Below are positions 12,422 through 25,077 of a DNA stretch of 64,000 bases, piece after piece (within the stretch, counting starts at the first letter, position 1; each line of letters opens with the position of its first letter). The notes beneath the pieces were generated by a model. It searched no databases and was not told the origin of the DNA. It saw only the letters and a list, made by a program, of their open reading frames with translations. Made by a program: the position numbers and the translations under genes. The DNA lies in NCBI GenBank assembly GCA_030390025.1, contig CM059430.1, positions 41,540,001 through 41,604,000 of the forward strand, read 5' to 3'. This DNA comes from Squalus acanthias. Its lineage: Eukaryota.

Positions 12422-13664
12422 TAAACCAAGTTAGGTGCTTCAGAGAGGTGCAAGCAGGATTGTTACAGGTGGCTCCTAATTGGCCGTTGCAAATTCCTTT
12501 TGCAAACTTTGGAAGCAAAATGGCACATATCCACCATTTTGATTTGAGTTCAGTTCTTTCTACAATTTAAGAGCAACTAACTCTATTTGTTTAAAGAGCA
12601 AAATATACTCCTTAGTGCTCATTAGTTGAGCAATGTACTGACACAGCATGTACTGACTGCAAAATGTCATTTGAATGAGTTAAGGCTTGTTCAGAGTGAC
12701 CTTACACATGACTTGTACAATGCATTGAATGTACATTCAACCAGGAAGTGGTACAATTTTCAAGAAAGTTTAATGGTAAGTTGTAAATGTTTAACTGAGT
12801 GGAAAAACAACAAATATTTCTTGATGAATTTTAAATGATAAAGGTTTTATTCACTTCACTATTTAAAAAAAAATTTCAATGGAATTTTAATAAAACTATG
12901 GCAACGAATGAACTCAGTGGCACGTTTTGATCTTTAAATTATTACATGTAGTGTTGCATAAACTTCAATAAATTAAATTGAAATGGACATTTTCTGTTTA
13001 CTTTATAACCAATTATCATTTCAATGATACATTCAATAGTGGATTGCTGGAGACATCAATTGGTGGAGTTATAAAATTTACATTTCCAAGTTAACCTGGA
13101 ATGCAATGTCATTCCTATTAATTCATTTTGTGAAAACTATGATGTGCTAATCTGAACTCTGAAGTAAAGCACCACCCTTCCAATCTGAGAAAGGGTTGTG
13201 TGGGAATAAAACACCAAATGTCTCACACAATAAATGATCACAGCTGGAACTGGATGGTCTCTGAACAGCTGCTGAAAGAAGAGCTTTGAAAAGTGTTCGG
13301 TAATTCAAATGCACAAAAAAACTACAGAATGAAGAAGCATCATGTTGCTAGTTACAGATAGGGTCTGGACATCATAACGAAGACTTCTGGGACCAAAGCC
13401 AAACCATGTCTTTTGTTCCCTTACAATTTAAGCTATACTAGTAGTTACTATTAATCCTAGCAATTAATCATAGCTTTTTACTCTTATAATTATTGGTTAA
13501 ATTAAAGACTAAACTATAAACCTTCTAGACCTTTACTCAACTCTTCTTATTTTAGTATGAAAGCTCGTGATTAACTGTTTTTTTCAATTCGAACCCCAGT
13601 ATCATTCCTTGGGCAATATATCACATTGCAAAAATGTTGAACTGTTTCTTATTCATTTTTCTAC

Positions 13665-14048
13665 CAGTTTTTTTCCCCCTTTTCCTTTCTCTCCTGAAGT
13701 TGTTGACTCCTGGCTGGAATATGGTTCCAGTTACTGTTCAGCATTTCAACCAAGTGGTCACTGGCACTATGTGACACTTGACTGTGATTTTTCTTTTGAC
13801 TGCAGTGAACATCACAGCTAAGGTTGATTCGATCCTCACTCGACCCCCATACACATGCTCTTTCAGGAGGGACTGTTGGATAGTGAGCAGGAGGGGAAAC
13901 CCTGACTGATTTTTTTCCCCTGCCTAACCTGAGGACAATGAGGCCTCTTGTAGTGCCCCAACTACTGTCACAGCTGTAATCAGCTCACTCAGCACAGGGC
14001 TGTAAGGCTCAGCTACTCAGTAGAAACGTCCTGAGTCACTAGGGGACC
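13665..14048 (-). mobile_element. Old SINE (AmnSINE2-like), second copy
   Basis: Similar to 1890-2232 (catcacagc...ctcact, ggatagtgagcaggag, tgtagtgcccc...actgctg). Confidence 0.45.
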
Positions 14049-14574
14049 CTTACTACTGTTTTATTCAATGATTTCTGTACATATCTAAAACTTAATTTGC
14101 AGATTGTGTATATGATCGGGGTTCCTGTTGTTACTGTACCTTAATTATCAAATTAATTTACTGTAATATCTGCTTTGTTATATTTCTTAGATACAAATTA
14201 TTACCCAATGGAGTGCATGTAAGACCTCAGCCCATTGGCAATGTTGTTTTATGAAGAACTATTAATTGCACAATAAATGTAATGACACCAAACTCTGTCG
14301 TTGCAACAAATTGGTCCTAGCTGAACTTGAGAGAATGGGGGTAGAAATTCTACTCTCCCTTTCGATAGTACTAAAGTGCGACAGGGTGGGACTTCTGCCT
14401 ATTGCTTTGGCCTGCCCCTGACCCTGTCCCAAGTTCAGGGAACAGGATCATTAGAATATTTGGGATGCATGCTGACAACTGTAGTGATGCAAAGGTTTCC
14501 GCCCTGCTAAGGAAGCAGAATTCAGAATGGCACCCTGCCACTTCGAAAGGGAACACACCCGGCCCAAATTGTGC

Positions 14575-15290
14575 CAAAGAAAATTGGTCACAAAACGTTT
14601 ACAGTTCCCCAGAGGAAACTGAGAACCAACGCGGGTAATTGAGCGAGTAACACTAGTGTTATCTACAGGGGAAGCCGTGGACACACATTGGGTGAGGATA
14701 GTTGAGTATCTCTCAGGAATGCTCCTAATGATGATGTTGGCGTCCAAATTTCAGAAAGGAGATTACGCTCATCTTCGATGTGCTTGAAACACAGTGGGAC
14801 AACCATCAGATTCAGAGACTTTGTAAGAAGTGCAGCATTTTCTGATCAAAGAGATCTGTGATCACCCTAAAGACTCAACCTCCAACAGCATGATGCATGT
14901 GGAAGAACAGAAACAGGCCAGTGATTCTGAAATCGTTGCTAGTTCCTTTGCTTTGCATGACAGGAGAAACACACCAAAATATGCCAGATTAGCATTCCTG
15001 GAGGAAGACAGAATCATCTGAGGTTGCAACATGATGAGACAGACAGTCTTTGGAATCAAAAGCAAAGTTTTTGAAAGACTTCTCAGGGAGTCTCCACATC
15101 TACTCCTTGCAATAGACAATCACAGGTATAGTACAAAGGGGAAGGAGAATGAGTATAGCATACTATAACATGTAGCACTAGGGGACCACTCTACATCATG
15201 TAAAGTTAAGCACATTCCACATACATATTCTTGCATTATGCAAAATACTGTAAAGATTCCTTTTAATTCCAAAATAAGGATTGTGTAAAA
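14575..15290 (+). mobile_element. Highly degenerate L1/Tx1-like LINE 3' fragment
   Basis: Frameshifted remnants resembling a Tx1 ORF2 end (NWSQNVYSSPE, a V-E-x-L..EC zinc-knuckle-like segment ~14700, ARLAF). Weak. Confidence 0.3.
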
Positions 15291-15296
15291 TAAGAA

Positions 15297-15765
15297 GGAA
15301 AAAAAAGACTTGTATTTATGTAGCGCCTTTCATGACCACCGGACGTCCCAAAGCGCTTTACAGCCAATTAAGTATTTTTTTTTAAGAAGTAGTCATTGAT
15401 GTAATGTAGGAAACATGGCAGCCAATTTGCACACAGCAAGCTCCCACAAACAGCAATGCGATAATGACCAGATAATCTGTTTTAGATGTTGATTGAAGCA
15501 TAAATTTTGGCTAGGACACCGGGGATAACACCCCTGCTGTTCTTCGAAATAGTGCCATAGGATCTTTTACGTCAAGCTGAGGGAGCAGACGGGGCCTCGT
15601 TTTAATGTCTCATCCATAAGACAGCACCTTCGGCAGTGCAGCACTCCCTCAGTACTGCACTGGAGTGTCAGCCTAGATTTTTGTGCTCAAGTCTCTGGAG
15701 TGGGACTTGAACCCACAACCTTCTGACTCAGAGGTGAGAGTGCTGCCAACTGAGCGACAGCTGAC
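15297..15765 (-). mobile_element. Deu-domain SINE (SacSINE1/AmnSINE1-like): tRNA head, Deu core, L2-derived tail
   Basis: Minus strand has A box TCGCTCAGTTGG and B box GGTTCAAGTCC; Deu-like core gaaatagtgccat.ggatcttttacgtc...cagtgcagcactccctcagtactgcactgg; tail shared with the L2 3' end. Confidence 0.85.
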
Positions 15766-15782
15766 AATAAATTTATAGAGGT

Positions 15783-16242
15783 CATAGGAACAGGTGTAAG
15801 CCATTCAATCCCTCGAGCATGTTCTGCCATTGAATTAGATCATAGCCGATCTGTACCTCAACTCCATTTGATCCATATCCTTTGATACTCTTACCTAATA
15901 AAAATGTCAGTCTCAGTCTTGAAAATTCTAATTGTCCTAGCTTCGACAGCCTTTTGGGGGGAAGAGAGTGCCACATTTTTACTACCCTTTGTGTGAAAAA
16001 GTGCTTCCTGATTTCACTCCTGAATGGCCTAGCTCGAACTTTAAGATTGTGACCCCTTGTTCTGGATTCCCCCAGCAGAGGAAATCGCTTCTCTGTAACT
16101 ACTCTATTAAATCCTTTTATAATTTTAAACAACCCAATTAAATCACCTCTGAACCTGCTGAAGTCAATGAAATACAACCCAAGTTTAAGTGCGGTGCCCA
16201 GAACTGAATGCAATACTCCAGACTGGGTCTGACCAAGGCTTT
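15783..16242 (-). mobile_element. CR1 LINE 3' fragment
   Basis: ORF 15782-16213: RGDLIGLFKIIKG...RKHFFTQRVVKMWHSLP. Confidence 0.85.
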
Positions 16243-16605
16243 ACTCACTTAATGGGGTAGATCTTGACTTTGTGCGATCGTGTAAAACTGGTAATAGCAG
16301 GATGGCACCCTTTCAGGCCGTGCATTCCAGATCATAACAACTCGCTGTGTAATAGAAGCACTTTCTCACTTTCATTTTATGGGACTCTGTTGCAAGTTCA
16401 ACGGTCAAAAGAATGCCAAAGCTTGAAAGGAAGAAGAAGTTGTGTCTGGCGACATGCTGTGCCAGTAAATCCCTCGACAACAAGTTCCACTAGCCCCCAT
16501 TGGTGCGCTTAATGCCCATTTATATTTCAGAAACCAATCCAGTATAAAATCCCACTTCAGAATTTTTCCCATTTAGTCTCCCGGGTAAATTCAGACATCA
16601 GCTGG

Positions 16606-16611
<6 letters not shown>

Positions 16612-16650
<39 letters not shown>
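16612..16650 (+). repeat. (TG)n microsatellite
   Basis: Uninterrupted TG run. Confidence 0.98.
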
Positions 16651-16653
<3 letters not shown>

Positions 16654-17439
16654 TGCTCTCAAGAGTCACAAATATAACTTTAAAGATCTGTGCTTGTGGA
16701 GGACCCAATTGATTTGCATTCATGACTTGGTGTGGGAGAAGTCATCATTGATGGACAATATTTTTTTTTTATGGATAATGCCAAAGAACAAGGATTTTAT
16801 AAAAGGTGCAAAGTAACGCTGTGAAGATATTTTGAAAATTGCTTCAATTATATAAAAACCATCACACAAATATTAACTTTTTTACACCACCCAGCTTATT
16901 TTTATTTAGAACTTAACACAGCCTATTTTCTATTCAAAAGATTTAGATTGGTCATTTCTTCCTATTATTAACTGAAGATAAAATTGTTGCATAAATTCTG
17001 CTTGATGTTACCCACTAAAAATCACTGTTTATTAATTAGCACAAGCCAAGTGGAGTCAGAATAACTCTCTAAACACGTACTGCACAGTACTTACTGCAAC
17101 TGTCACTTGCAAGGCAACAAGCATTTTAGTTTTTAATTAAATATTCCTTCCAACAGTTCGTCTAATTCTTAATACTAATTTTGCTGAAGGCAAAATCTCT
17201 AAATGGTATCAATGATATCAATTACTGCCGTGTAACAGTATATAAAATACGCAAACCAAGCTAATTATATACGGGAAAATGATGCAGCTATGTTCTGGAT
17301 AATACACTTGCATGTTATTGTGGTCTGTTGCTTACACCTGAATGCAGCAGCGGCAACACACTGAAACTGATGCTCAAGAGAACTACATGCCATCAGGATG
17401 CGAGTGGCATGCTGGGGAACCAATGTAGAGCACTTGTCC

Positions 17440-17954
17440 TCAAGAGGACAAAAGTTGGCCAGCGGGAACGCTGGCTCTGGGCTAACGGTGAGTCTGGGAC
17501 GGGAGGGGGGAGCGAGGGGTAGCTGACAGCGGCTTACAGTTTCATGGTGGTGTTAGAAGGAGCACTCCTGCTCCTCCTGGCTCCACATTCAGATAAGTAA
17601 AAAAAAAAATTATGTTTTTGTGACAGCTTCCAGCAGTCCCTTAAAGGACCACTGCTTTGGTTGCTTTAGGCCTGAGAAAACTAACGGCAACATGCACGCC
17701 GCATGCTGAGGTCAGTCACGATCTAATATGGGAAAGGGGCCTGAAACCGGCAGTGGGCTTGGATTTGCGTAGGACATGGGCCTAATGTTGGTTTCAGGTG
17801 TGCACGCTGGATAACTCCAGGGTGCCGTAACCGTCTCTGCATGCAGACCAGTCCCAGCGCGGAATGATCGTGCGCACGCCACATGCCACATTGGACCATT
17901 TAGCGTCCGTTTTTCACCTGTAAATCAGGCACTGCGCGATCCAATTTCTAGGCC
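17440..17954. mobile_element. GC-rich Harbinger-type non-autonomous element fragment
   Basis: Right end ccaatttctaggcc is the near reverse complement of gagcctagaaattgg at the start of the 46765 element. Internal aaggagcactcctgctcctcctgg has an inverted homologue at ~23545-23570. Confidence 0.5.
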
Positions 17955-18033
17955 TGAAATTATAATGCACTGCACTGCAAGACAATGTACTTTAACAGAG
18001 ATAATATAAACAGAGAATAATGAGTGTACTTGC

Positions 18034-18099
18034 CTCATTGCTTGTCAAGAAAGCATGGCTTGGGTCTGCCATATTCATGTAGTTATTATTCCCTGCAAA
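18034..18099 (-). CDS. TOX3: TOX3-like coding exon (exon 2 equivalent), 66 nt, phase 0/0, GC splice donor; absent from the ORF track
   Basis: Minus strand reads ttctattccag|TTTGCAGGGAATAATAACTACATGAATATGGCAGACCCAAGCCATGCTTTCTTGACAAGCAATGAG|gcaagt = FAGNNNYMNMADPSHAFLTSNE. It has the same 22-aa length and NNNYMNMA motif as recalled TOX3 FGNNNNYMNMAEANNAFFAASE, and splices in frame to the 2604-2855 exon. Confidence 0.9.
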
Positions 18100-19377
18100 C
18101 TGGAATAGAAAGAAAAAAGAAGAGGTTTACATAAACAGCTGGTTGACTTAGAAAAGCTGGTAGAGCAAGAGGATCCCCATGCTCCTCCTTACCAGGTTGA
18201 ACTGTAATCACTATTTTGCATTGTTGGCATAAATCCGGATCACAAAACACTTTAAGAGTCATTCAAAATGCTTACAAATGTTGAAGATTAGAAGTGGACG
18301 ATTTATATATAAACTTCGCTTTGTATACTTTGTAACAAATAATCACAACCATTCATTATATAGTTTGGCATCTAAATACTAAAAATGGTTACATTACAAA
18401 TGTGTCTCAGTCGGTGCGCCATTTTGTTTAGTTGCCATTTGGTTTGAAGTTACACCTTTCCTTTACTCTATAATCTAGTCGGCACTTCAACACAATTGGA
18501 TTCTGAATGAGCACCTTGTACTATTTCAGATTTTTGCCTGACACTACTTCTGTTCACAATGCAAAGACCAGAGGAACAAGTTTACCATTAAATTAAATCC
18601 AAGGTTTTAACTCTCACAGCATTTGTGTTATTGACAATACTTCTGATGAAAACCGGGCCTGTAATGGTGGATACTATATTTAGAAACCTTTAAATTGGAC
18701 TGGACCTTGGCACCGCTGCTGATTAACAGTTTACGGTGACTTAATTATTCTAGATGTTGAAATGTAGCCTCAAATAATGTACCATTAAATTCAATGTGAC
18801 TGACACATTGGCATGAGTGATGTTTCATTGGATGGCCACCCAGTGTACAACGTTCACACTAGTTTTTAAGACTACTTTTTAAAGCAACAAAACAGTGAAG
18901 CCATTTCTGTTGGCATCTGCAAGGTGGAATATAGCATCTTCAGGACTACACCAACATGCACTGCCATTTTCACGCTATGTGGAACCAATACAACTTGACA
19001 CCTGTGAAATATTTAATGAGTGAACCCATGAAATTGGTGTAATTTGAGAGCAGGATTATGACTTCAGTAATATGCAAATGAGAAAGATAAGCCGCTTTGC
19101 AATTAAGCAATATTGCGACAACATGGGACTTTTTTTGGCTTGCTGTGACATCATGAGAGTCATAATGGCAAGAATAATATGGTTCAGATTATATTTTGTG
19201 AAACATAATTTTATTTACATATTCAACTGAAAAAAATTAGGGAGGAACCAATAAACATATTTTCAATTGAAGATTAAAGGAGCAACACACTCAATAAAAA
19301 CAAACTTATCGCTTCACTCGGAATGTCCCAAAGCGCTTCATGTACAGTGAATTACTATTACAGTGAACACGTCAGTC

Positions 19378-19827
19378 AAAAAGAAAGACTTGCATTTATA
19401 TAGCGCCCTTCACGACCTCAAATGTCCCAAAGCACTTTACACCCAATTAAGTACTTTTGAAATGTAGTCACGGTTGTGATGTAGGAAACGCGGCCAATTT
19501 GCACACAGCAAGCTCCCACAAACATCAACGCAATAATGACCAGATAATCTGTTTTAGTGATGTTGATTGAGGGATAAATATTGGCCATGACACCAGGGAT
19601 AACTCCCCTGCTCTTTTTCGAAATAGTGTTGTGGGATCTTTTACGTCCACCTGAGAGAGCCTCAGTTTAACGTCTCATCTGAAAGATGGCACCTCCGACA
19701 GTGCAGCACTCCCTCAGCACTGCACTGGAATGTCAGCCTAGATTTTTGTGCTCAAGTCTCTGGAGTGGGACTTGAACCCACAACCTTCTGACTCAGAGGC
19801 GAGTGTGCTACCAACTGAGCCATGGCT
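19378..19827 (-). mobile_element. Deu-domain SINE nested in an older copy of the same family (~19295-20085)
   Basis: Closely matches 15297-15765. The flanks 19295-19375 and 19830-20085 are a more decayed tail and body of the same SINE. Confidence 0.85.
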
Positions 19828-20992
19828 ATCACCTTATGCACAGCAAGACCCCACAAACTGTAATGAGTTGAATGGCCAACTAAATTATTTTTCATGGTGT
19901 TAATTGAGGGAAGAGTATTGGCAGGACACCTTTCTATTCTTACTTGAATAGAAGCATGGTATTTTTAATACCTACCTGAACAGGCATATGTGGCCTAAGT
20001 TAATGTCTCATCCAAAGGTCAGCTTCTCCAGCAGTCAGAACTCCATCAGCACTGCACTGAACTGTTAGCATAGATTAACTGTTCAAGCCCTGGGGCCTGA
20101 AATCCCGATTGGACCACTTAGCTGGTGGAAGTGTGGCAAAACGAGCCCCAAGTCCACTGATGCAGGGAGACCAGGCTCCGTGCCAAACTGCATGGACAGA
20201 GTCTTCTGCATGCTCAGGGCAGGCAGCTGGCACATGTAAGGAGAGCACAACAGTAGTGCCCACCCTGACAGGAGCCCGGAAAATTACAACAGTCCCATGC
20301 CACTCCAATTAACATCAGATTGCAGAATTGGGAGAAATGTTTGCAACCAAAGAACTTTTTTTAAAGTAGTCTTACTATGGTTTTAATTTTAGTACAGAAA
20401 TGTTCCTGTGCTCCTCAGCTCTGAAATTAAAGCACATCTCACAAAATTATGAAGTAGGGTCCATGAATATTTAGGTACCAATGGACACATTTTCCTTCTT
20501 CTGTATGAAGTCAAAGAGTGCTGATTTTACTGAGCACCCATCAACCAAGTTGGCAGGTGCTCCCATGATTCCCTTTGGTGGTTTCATGCTCCTTCAATTT
20601 GTAAATCTCGCCTGTGAGGAACTGATCCGTCAGCACGTACCTGCACTGATGGCCAGATCCAGTCTTCTCAAGCAGCTAACAAGCTGCTTAACTAGTATTT
20701 ATTGTGAAATGGTCGTAAATCCAGCGGAGCTGGGAAGAAATCAGAAGGCGTCAGCTATAGATGAGTGCATTGTTTGTAAACTACAAGTTTTCAGACTGTG
20801 ACCTTGGTGCCCTTATTGATGTTTGATAAGCAGAAATTACCCTTTCAGGGGAAGAGGGTAATCCATTCATCATCAAGGATAGTATAGGATGACCTGGAAT
20901 AAAAACAGAAAATGCAGAAAATACTCAGCAGGTCAGGCAGCATCTGTGGAGAGGGAAACAGAGTTAACGTTTCAGGTCGATGACCTTTCATC

Positions 20993-21029
20993 AGTTCTGA
21001 CGAAAGGTCATCGACCTGAAACGTTAACT
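20993..21029 (+). ncRNA. Minimal type I hammerhead ribozyme motif (family A)
   Basis: AGUU-CUGACGA-A-AGGUC(AUC)GACCU-GAA-ACGU-U^AACU: conserved core, stem II hairpin, palindromic stem III, stem I AGUU/AACU. A mirror core (CUGAUGA...) lies on the minus strand at 20962-20994. Confidence 0.8.
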
Positions 21030-21031
21030 CT

Positions 21032-22464
21032 GGCCGGAATTTTCCAGGGGGTTAGCGGGTGGGTTCGGTGGCGGGTTGGGTGGGAACCTGCCGCCACGCA
21101 CCTTTCCCAGTGTCGGGTCTGTCAATGCTGAGCAGACCCGACTGGCAGCGGCGGGGACCTAATTAAAATGATTCGCATCTAGTTGCCAGATGCTTAACTG
21201 CCTTTTTTCACTTACCTTTTGTCTTTAACTTCATGACCATGGGATCCCCGCTGTGCGCAGACCACGGCTGTCAAACTGAGGCGTGAGTTCAGTGGCCATT
21301 GTTCCAGCTGATTACTTGACAGCTTCAAATGTACAGTAAAAGCTCCCACCTGATTAATATTCACTTTCCTCAGGCAGAAGCGTTTTTCTCAGTCCATTTC
21401 CAGCACAAATTCTGCAGGCTTTCCACTTTCCACTCTCCAAACACTCTCGCCTCATTGGGAGAACTCTCTCACCATTGACAGAATGCTTCTGTCATCTCGA
21501 CTTCACCTGCCATCTATTCCATCAACATGGGTGCCCTTTATACTCTCTCACCTTGGTCCTCAGAATCCGACCACGATCAGCCCCAACACCAACAGCACCA
21601 GGCACACCAGCAGCACCAACAGCAACACCAACCTTCTCTGCAACACCTGATGCTTCACAGGACACAGGGCATCAGCACCCGACCACATTGTTGCCAGGGA
21701 GGCTAGGGATAGGGATGGCCTCACCATGGCCAGATTTACTTCACTTGACGCTGTACACCCTGGCTGCCACATGATGTGCCAGGTTGGCACCACCCCACAC
21801 TAACACCATAAAGCATCCTTACAATGCCCAAGCCATTCCTTTCACATGCATCACCATTGCGGGGGGTACTGTTATATCTCACGATTCACTGCAACTCACA
21901 AAGCCACTTCCAAAGGTGCACGCAAATCTGTCCAAAAATGCAGTGTTGAAAATAAAGATTTCAATGTTTGACACCACATCAGCAGAAACTTTACATGAAC
22001 ATTGGGCAAAACACCCAAGTGGCTACCCTTGTGTGTTGTTAGTTGGTATGATTACACTAGGATGAGGGTGAGTGTGAGGGGTGGCTAGTGAGATGGGGAT
22101 GTGATAATATAGATAGAGGGGGATGGGTGGAGGTGCAAGGTAAGTTGGCATGAGTAAGGATGTGCAGGAGTAGGGTAGGGAAGGCAGGGTGATGGGGATG
22201 TGATGAGAGGCACAGCTGGATGAGGTTGAGTGTAGCTTTGTACTAACGCCATGGTCCCTTTAAGGAAACCGGCTGATGGCGTGTCATGAACTGATGTCAC
22301 CAGACCCACTTCCTCTAATTGGGCCGGGTAACGCGCTGGGTGAGCTTAACAAGCCCAATCAACAGAAAGTCATTTTACACAGCGGGATGGAGCCAGCAGG
22401 GGGGCCACGATCCGCCCCCGACATCACCCGCCACAGACCGGTCAAGGTAAGTAAAATCGCAGCC
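21032..22464 (-). mobile_element. Internally deleted PIF/Harbinger element
   Basis: TIRs GGCCGGAATTTT / AAAATCGCAGCC, 3-bp TSD TCT (21029-21031, 22465-22467); inverted homologue of 29908-31645. Confidence 0.85.
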
Positions 22465-22811
22465 TCTGTTTCTCTCTCCACAGATGCTGCCTGACCTGCT
22501 GAATATTTCCAGCATTTTCTGTTTTTATTTCAGATTTCCAGTATCCGCAGTATTTCGCTTTTGTAATAGGATTGCCTGGATATGGATTGCTAGTGTCAAC
22601 TCCGACTCAGAAACTCCCAAGATTTTGTGAAGACTTCAGGAAACCTTTCACGATTTGAAGCAAGCTGCACAGGTAATGTAAACATGGGTCTGCCAATGCT
22701 GCCTTCCTTAACATGGACTGCAAGAATATATTTGAATATGGCATTTTAAGAAACTGCACAACTTGTGAAGGAAAATGATAGTAATGCAATCACACATGTA
22801 TTTAAACAAAG

Positions 22812-23925
22812 ATTACATAGAATGACATCAGAATTAGAACACGGAAATAGCCCAGCCAGTGTTGGTGCATATCCTCCATATGAGCAACAGTCCTAACCCC
22901 ATGTGCTCACTCTGTTCCCATATCTTTTTATTCCCTTTTCCATCAACCGCCTGTCTAACCCATTCTTAAATGTCAACATGGTCTCTGCTTCATAGATGCA
23001 TGCCACTGCCTCACAGCCCTCTGTTTAAAAAAGTTTCTCCTGTTGTCTCCTACATCTTACACTCAATCTTATATCTATGTCCACCTTTATCTAGACTCTG
23101 TCCCATCTCGTCATAATTTTTAAGCACCTCTACCAACTCACACTGTAACCTCCTCTGTCCTAATGAAAACAGCCTCAATTTTTCAAGTCTTCCTTTTGCA
23201 TTTGTATTTCCTCCTACCAGGCAGGATCCTAGTGGGGGGAGGGGAGGGGTTAATTCCTTCCGCCCGGTGGAAACCGAGCGGAACGGAAGTTAAAACCATG
23301 CCATTGGCTTGAATACCACCCGGTGACTGTTTTAATATTGGGTGGTTGAGGTGTCAGCCTGACTCAGATGGCACCTCATAAATAAATGCAAATCGGGATC
23401 CGATCGCTCAGATATCACCCTGAGGTAATTTTGACGGCCTTCTGGCCGGACCATCTGCCACGGACGTTCCGACCAGTAAAACCTGCCACGGCAGAAGCAA
23501 AGGCTCCAAAAGGTAAGTACAAAACTTCTCTTTGTGGGGTCAGGAGGCGCAGGAGTGCTTCTCCAGGCCCCACAAGGAAAGTTTGCGCCTCTGTTGCCCT
23601 GGGCTCCCCCACCACTACCACCCACTTATCTGAGTTATCTGATTTATATGAGCGCCAGCGAGCGTCCGATAGTCGCGGGGTTCACGCCCGTTTTGGACGG
23701 GTAGCTGGCCAGCAAAATGTTAATGTGGCCTGGTTGTTAAAATCAACAGGCCTCCTACGGCAACTCTAGGGTAGGAGGTTTGGGGTCTCTCCCCTGCTTT
23801 CTCTCTCGGAGTTTAAATCCCCACGAGTGAATCTGCACGGTATCCTCTTTATTCCTTCAAATTCCTTCCTATAGGATGGAGCCCAAAACTGCACACAGTA
23901 CCTCAACTGTGGTCTGACAAAGTAA
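22812..23925 (-). mobile_element. Old CR1 fragments interrupted by a GC-rich MITE-like insert (~23232-23770)
   Basis: FVRPQLRYCVQFWAPSYRK in ORF 23766-23951; ttacatagaa tail at ~22813. Confidence 0.65.
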
Positions 23926-24589
23926 TTCATCGGATGTTGAGATGTTTCCAAGATGATATGTAAATGTGTGTCATTCTTTTCTCATGTGCACTTTAAGCCC
24001 TGCTGTTCACAAATTGACACCAGGCATGACTGGATGTAAATAACTACCTTTCCAAATGTATTCTCCCTGAGGAAAGCTGCATGTGTTTCTCTCCACCTGG
24101 CTTCAACAGTCATTAGCAGGTAGTTAGCAAACCCTTAACCATTTTATTTTCTCTCTCTTTGCTTTTGTCATTTGCCTTTCAACACTTCGCCCATGGGAGC
24201 AATGCTGAAAGTGGCAAGAATTACAATGTTGGCAGTAAATTTACAAAAACAATCAGTAATCCTCACTTCTCTGATTTTGTTGCACTTGAGGAGAATAAAA
24301 ACCTAAACCCATTCTCTGACATCATGGTTTCACAATAGAACAATCCCGAACAACAACAAAGCCATTCACCTTGTGCAGAAAATGATGCAGCCGGTGAAGG
24401 AAGGAGTGCTATTTTAAACAAATTGACAGCGTTTTCCAGCTCTATTGGCAGATTGCTATATGAGCCCCTGTATTTAGGCATCTGATATAAACAATCAAGG
24501 GTACAAATAAAGCTGGAAACAGGCACTGGAAACAAATCTGGGATACTATGGAAGTTGGCAGATCCAAACTATAACAGATGTTTGGTTAT

Positions 24590-25077
24590 TAGGGTTGCCA
24601 ACCGATGTTCCCATTCAAATTTCTGCGCATGTGCGGTTTTTCCCCATTGTAAAGCCGGTAAGCGGCCTACGCGGGACCTCCAGACCGCCGTGCAGCTCAA
24701 CGGGAGCATTGCTGCCAATTCCGATTGGGTGTATTCCTGGAGGTTTCATCACATGACCTCCCACCTCTAAGCGCCCCGCCTCCACACTCCCGCCATTGGT
24801 CCATCCTCCAGGCGCACTGCCTTACCACGCCAATTGGAAAGGGAACAGATTCTTTGTTGCTCAATTGGGATAATCATGACTGTCAGTGAAACAGACTCCG
24901 CCCCCCTCCCCCCCAGCCCCCATCTCCAATATTTTTTAGAACTAATAAGTATTCAAAGAATATGAAAATAATTACAATTTTGTTTAGTGTCACTATGATC
25001 TTTCTCCTGGTTCGTCCTGGAGATTAATCTTCAATTCCTGGAGACTCCAGGGCAATCCTGGAGGGTTGGCGACCCTA
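24590..25077. mobile_element. hAT-superfamily MITE
   Basis: TIRs TAGGGTTGCCAACC / GGTTGGCGACCCTA; imperfect 8-bp TSD TTGGTTAT (24582-24589) / CTGGTTAC (25078-25085). Confidence 0.8.

Larger units (their letters stand above)
20899..22565. mobile_element. Penelope-like mini-element, family A: head-to-head inverted pseudo-LTR pair, later split by a Harbinger
   Basis: 20899-20994 is the inverted repeat of 20997-21031 plus 22468-22530. Flanked by an imperfect 15-bp TSD: ATAGGATGACCTGGA (20884-20898) / ATAGGATTGCCTGGA (22566-22580). Confidence 0.75.

Noticed and set aside
15690-15765. tRNA gene (also at 19755-19827)
   Set aside because: The A and B boxes belong to SINE heads that continue into a Deu body and L2-like tail.
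18024-18029. GT donor 4 nt downstream of the GC donor
   Set aside because: CAA|gtacac is a poor consensus and would shift the frame relative to the next exon.
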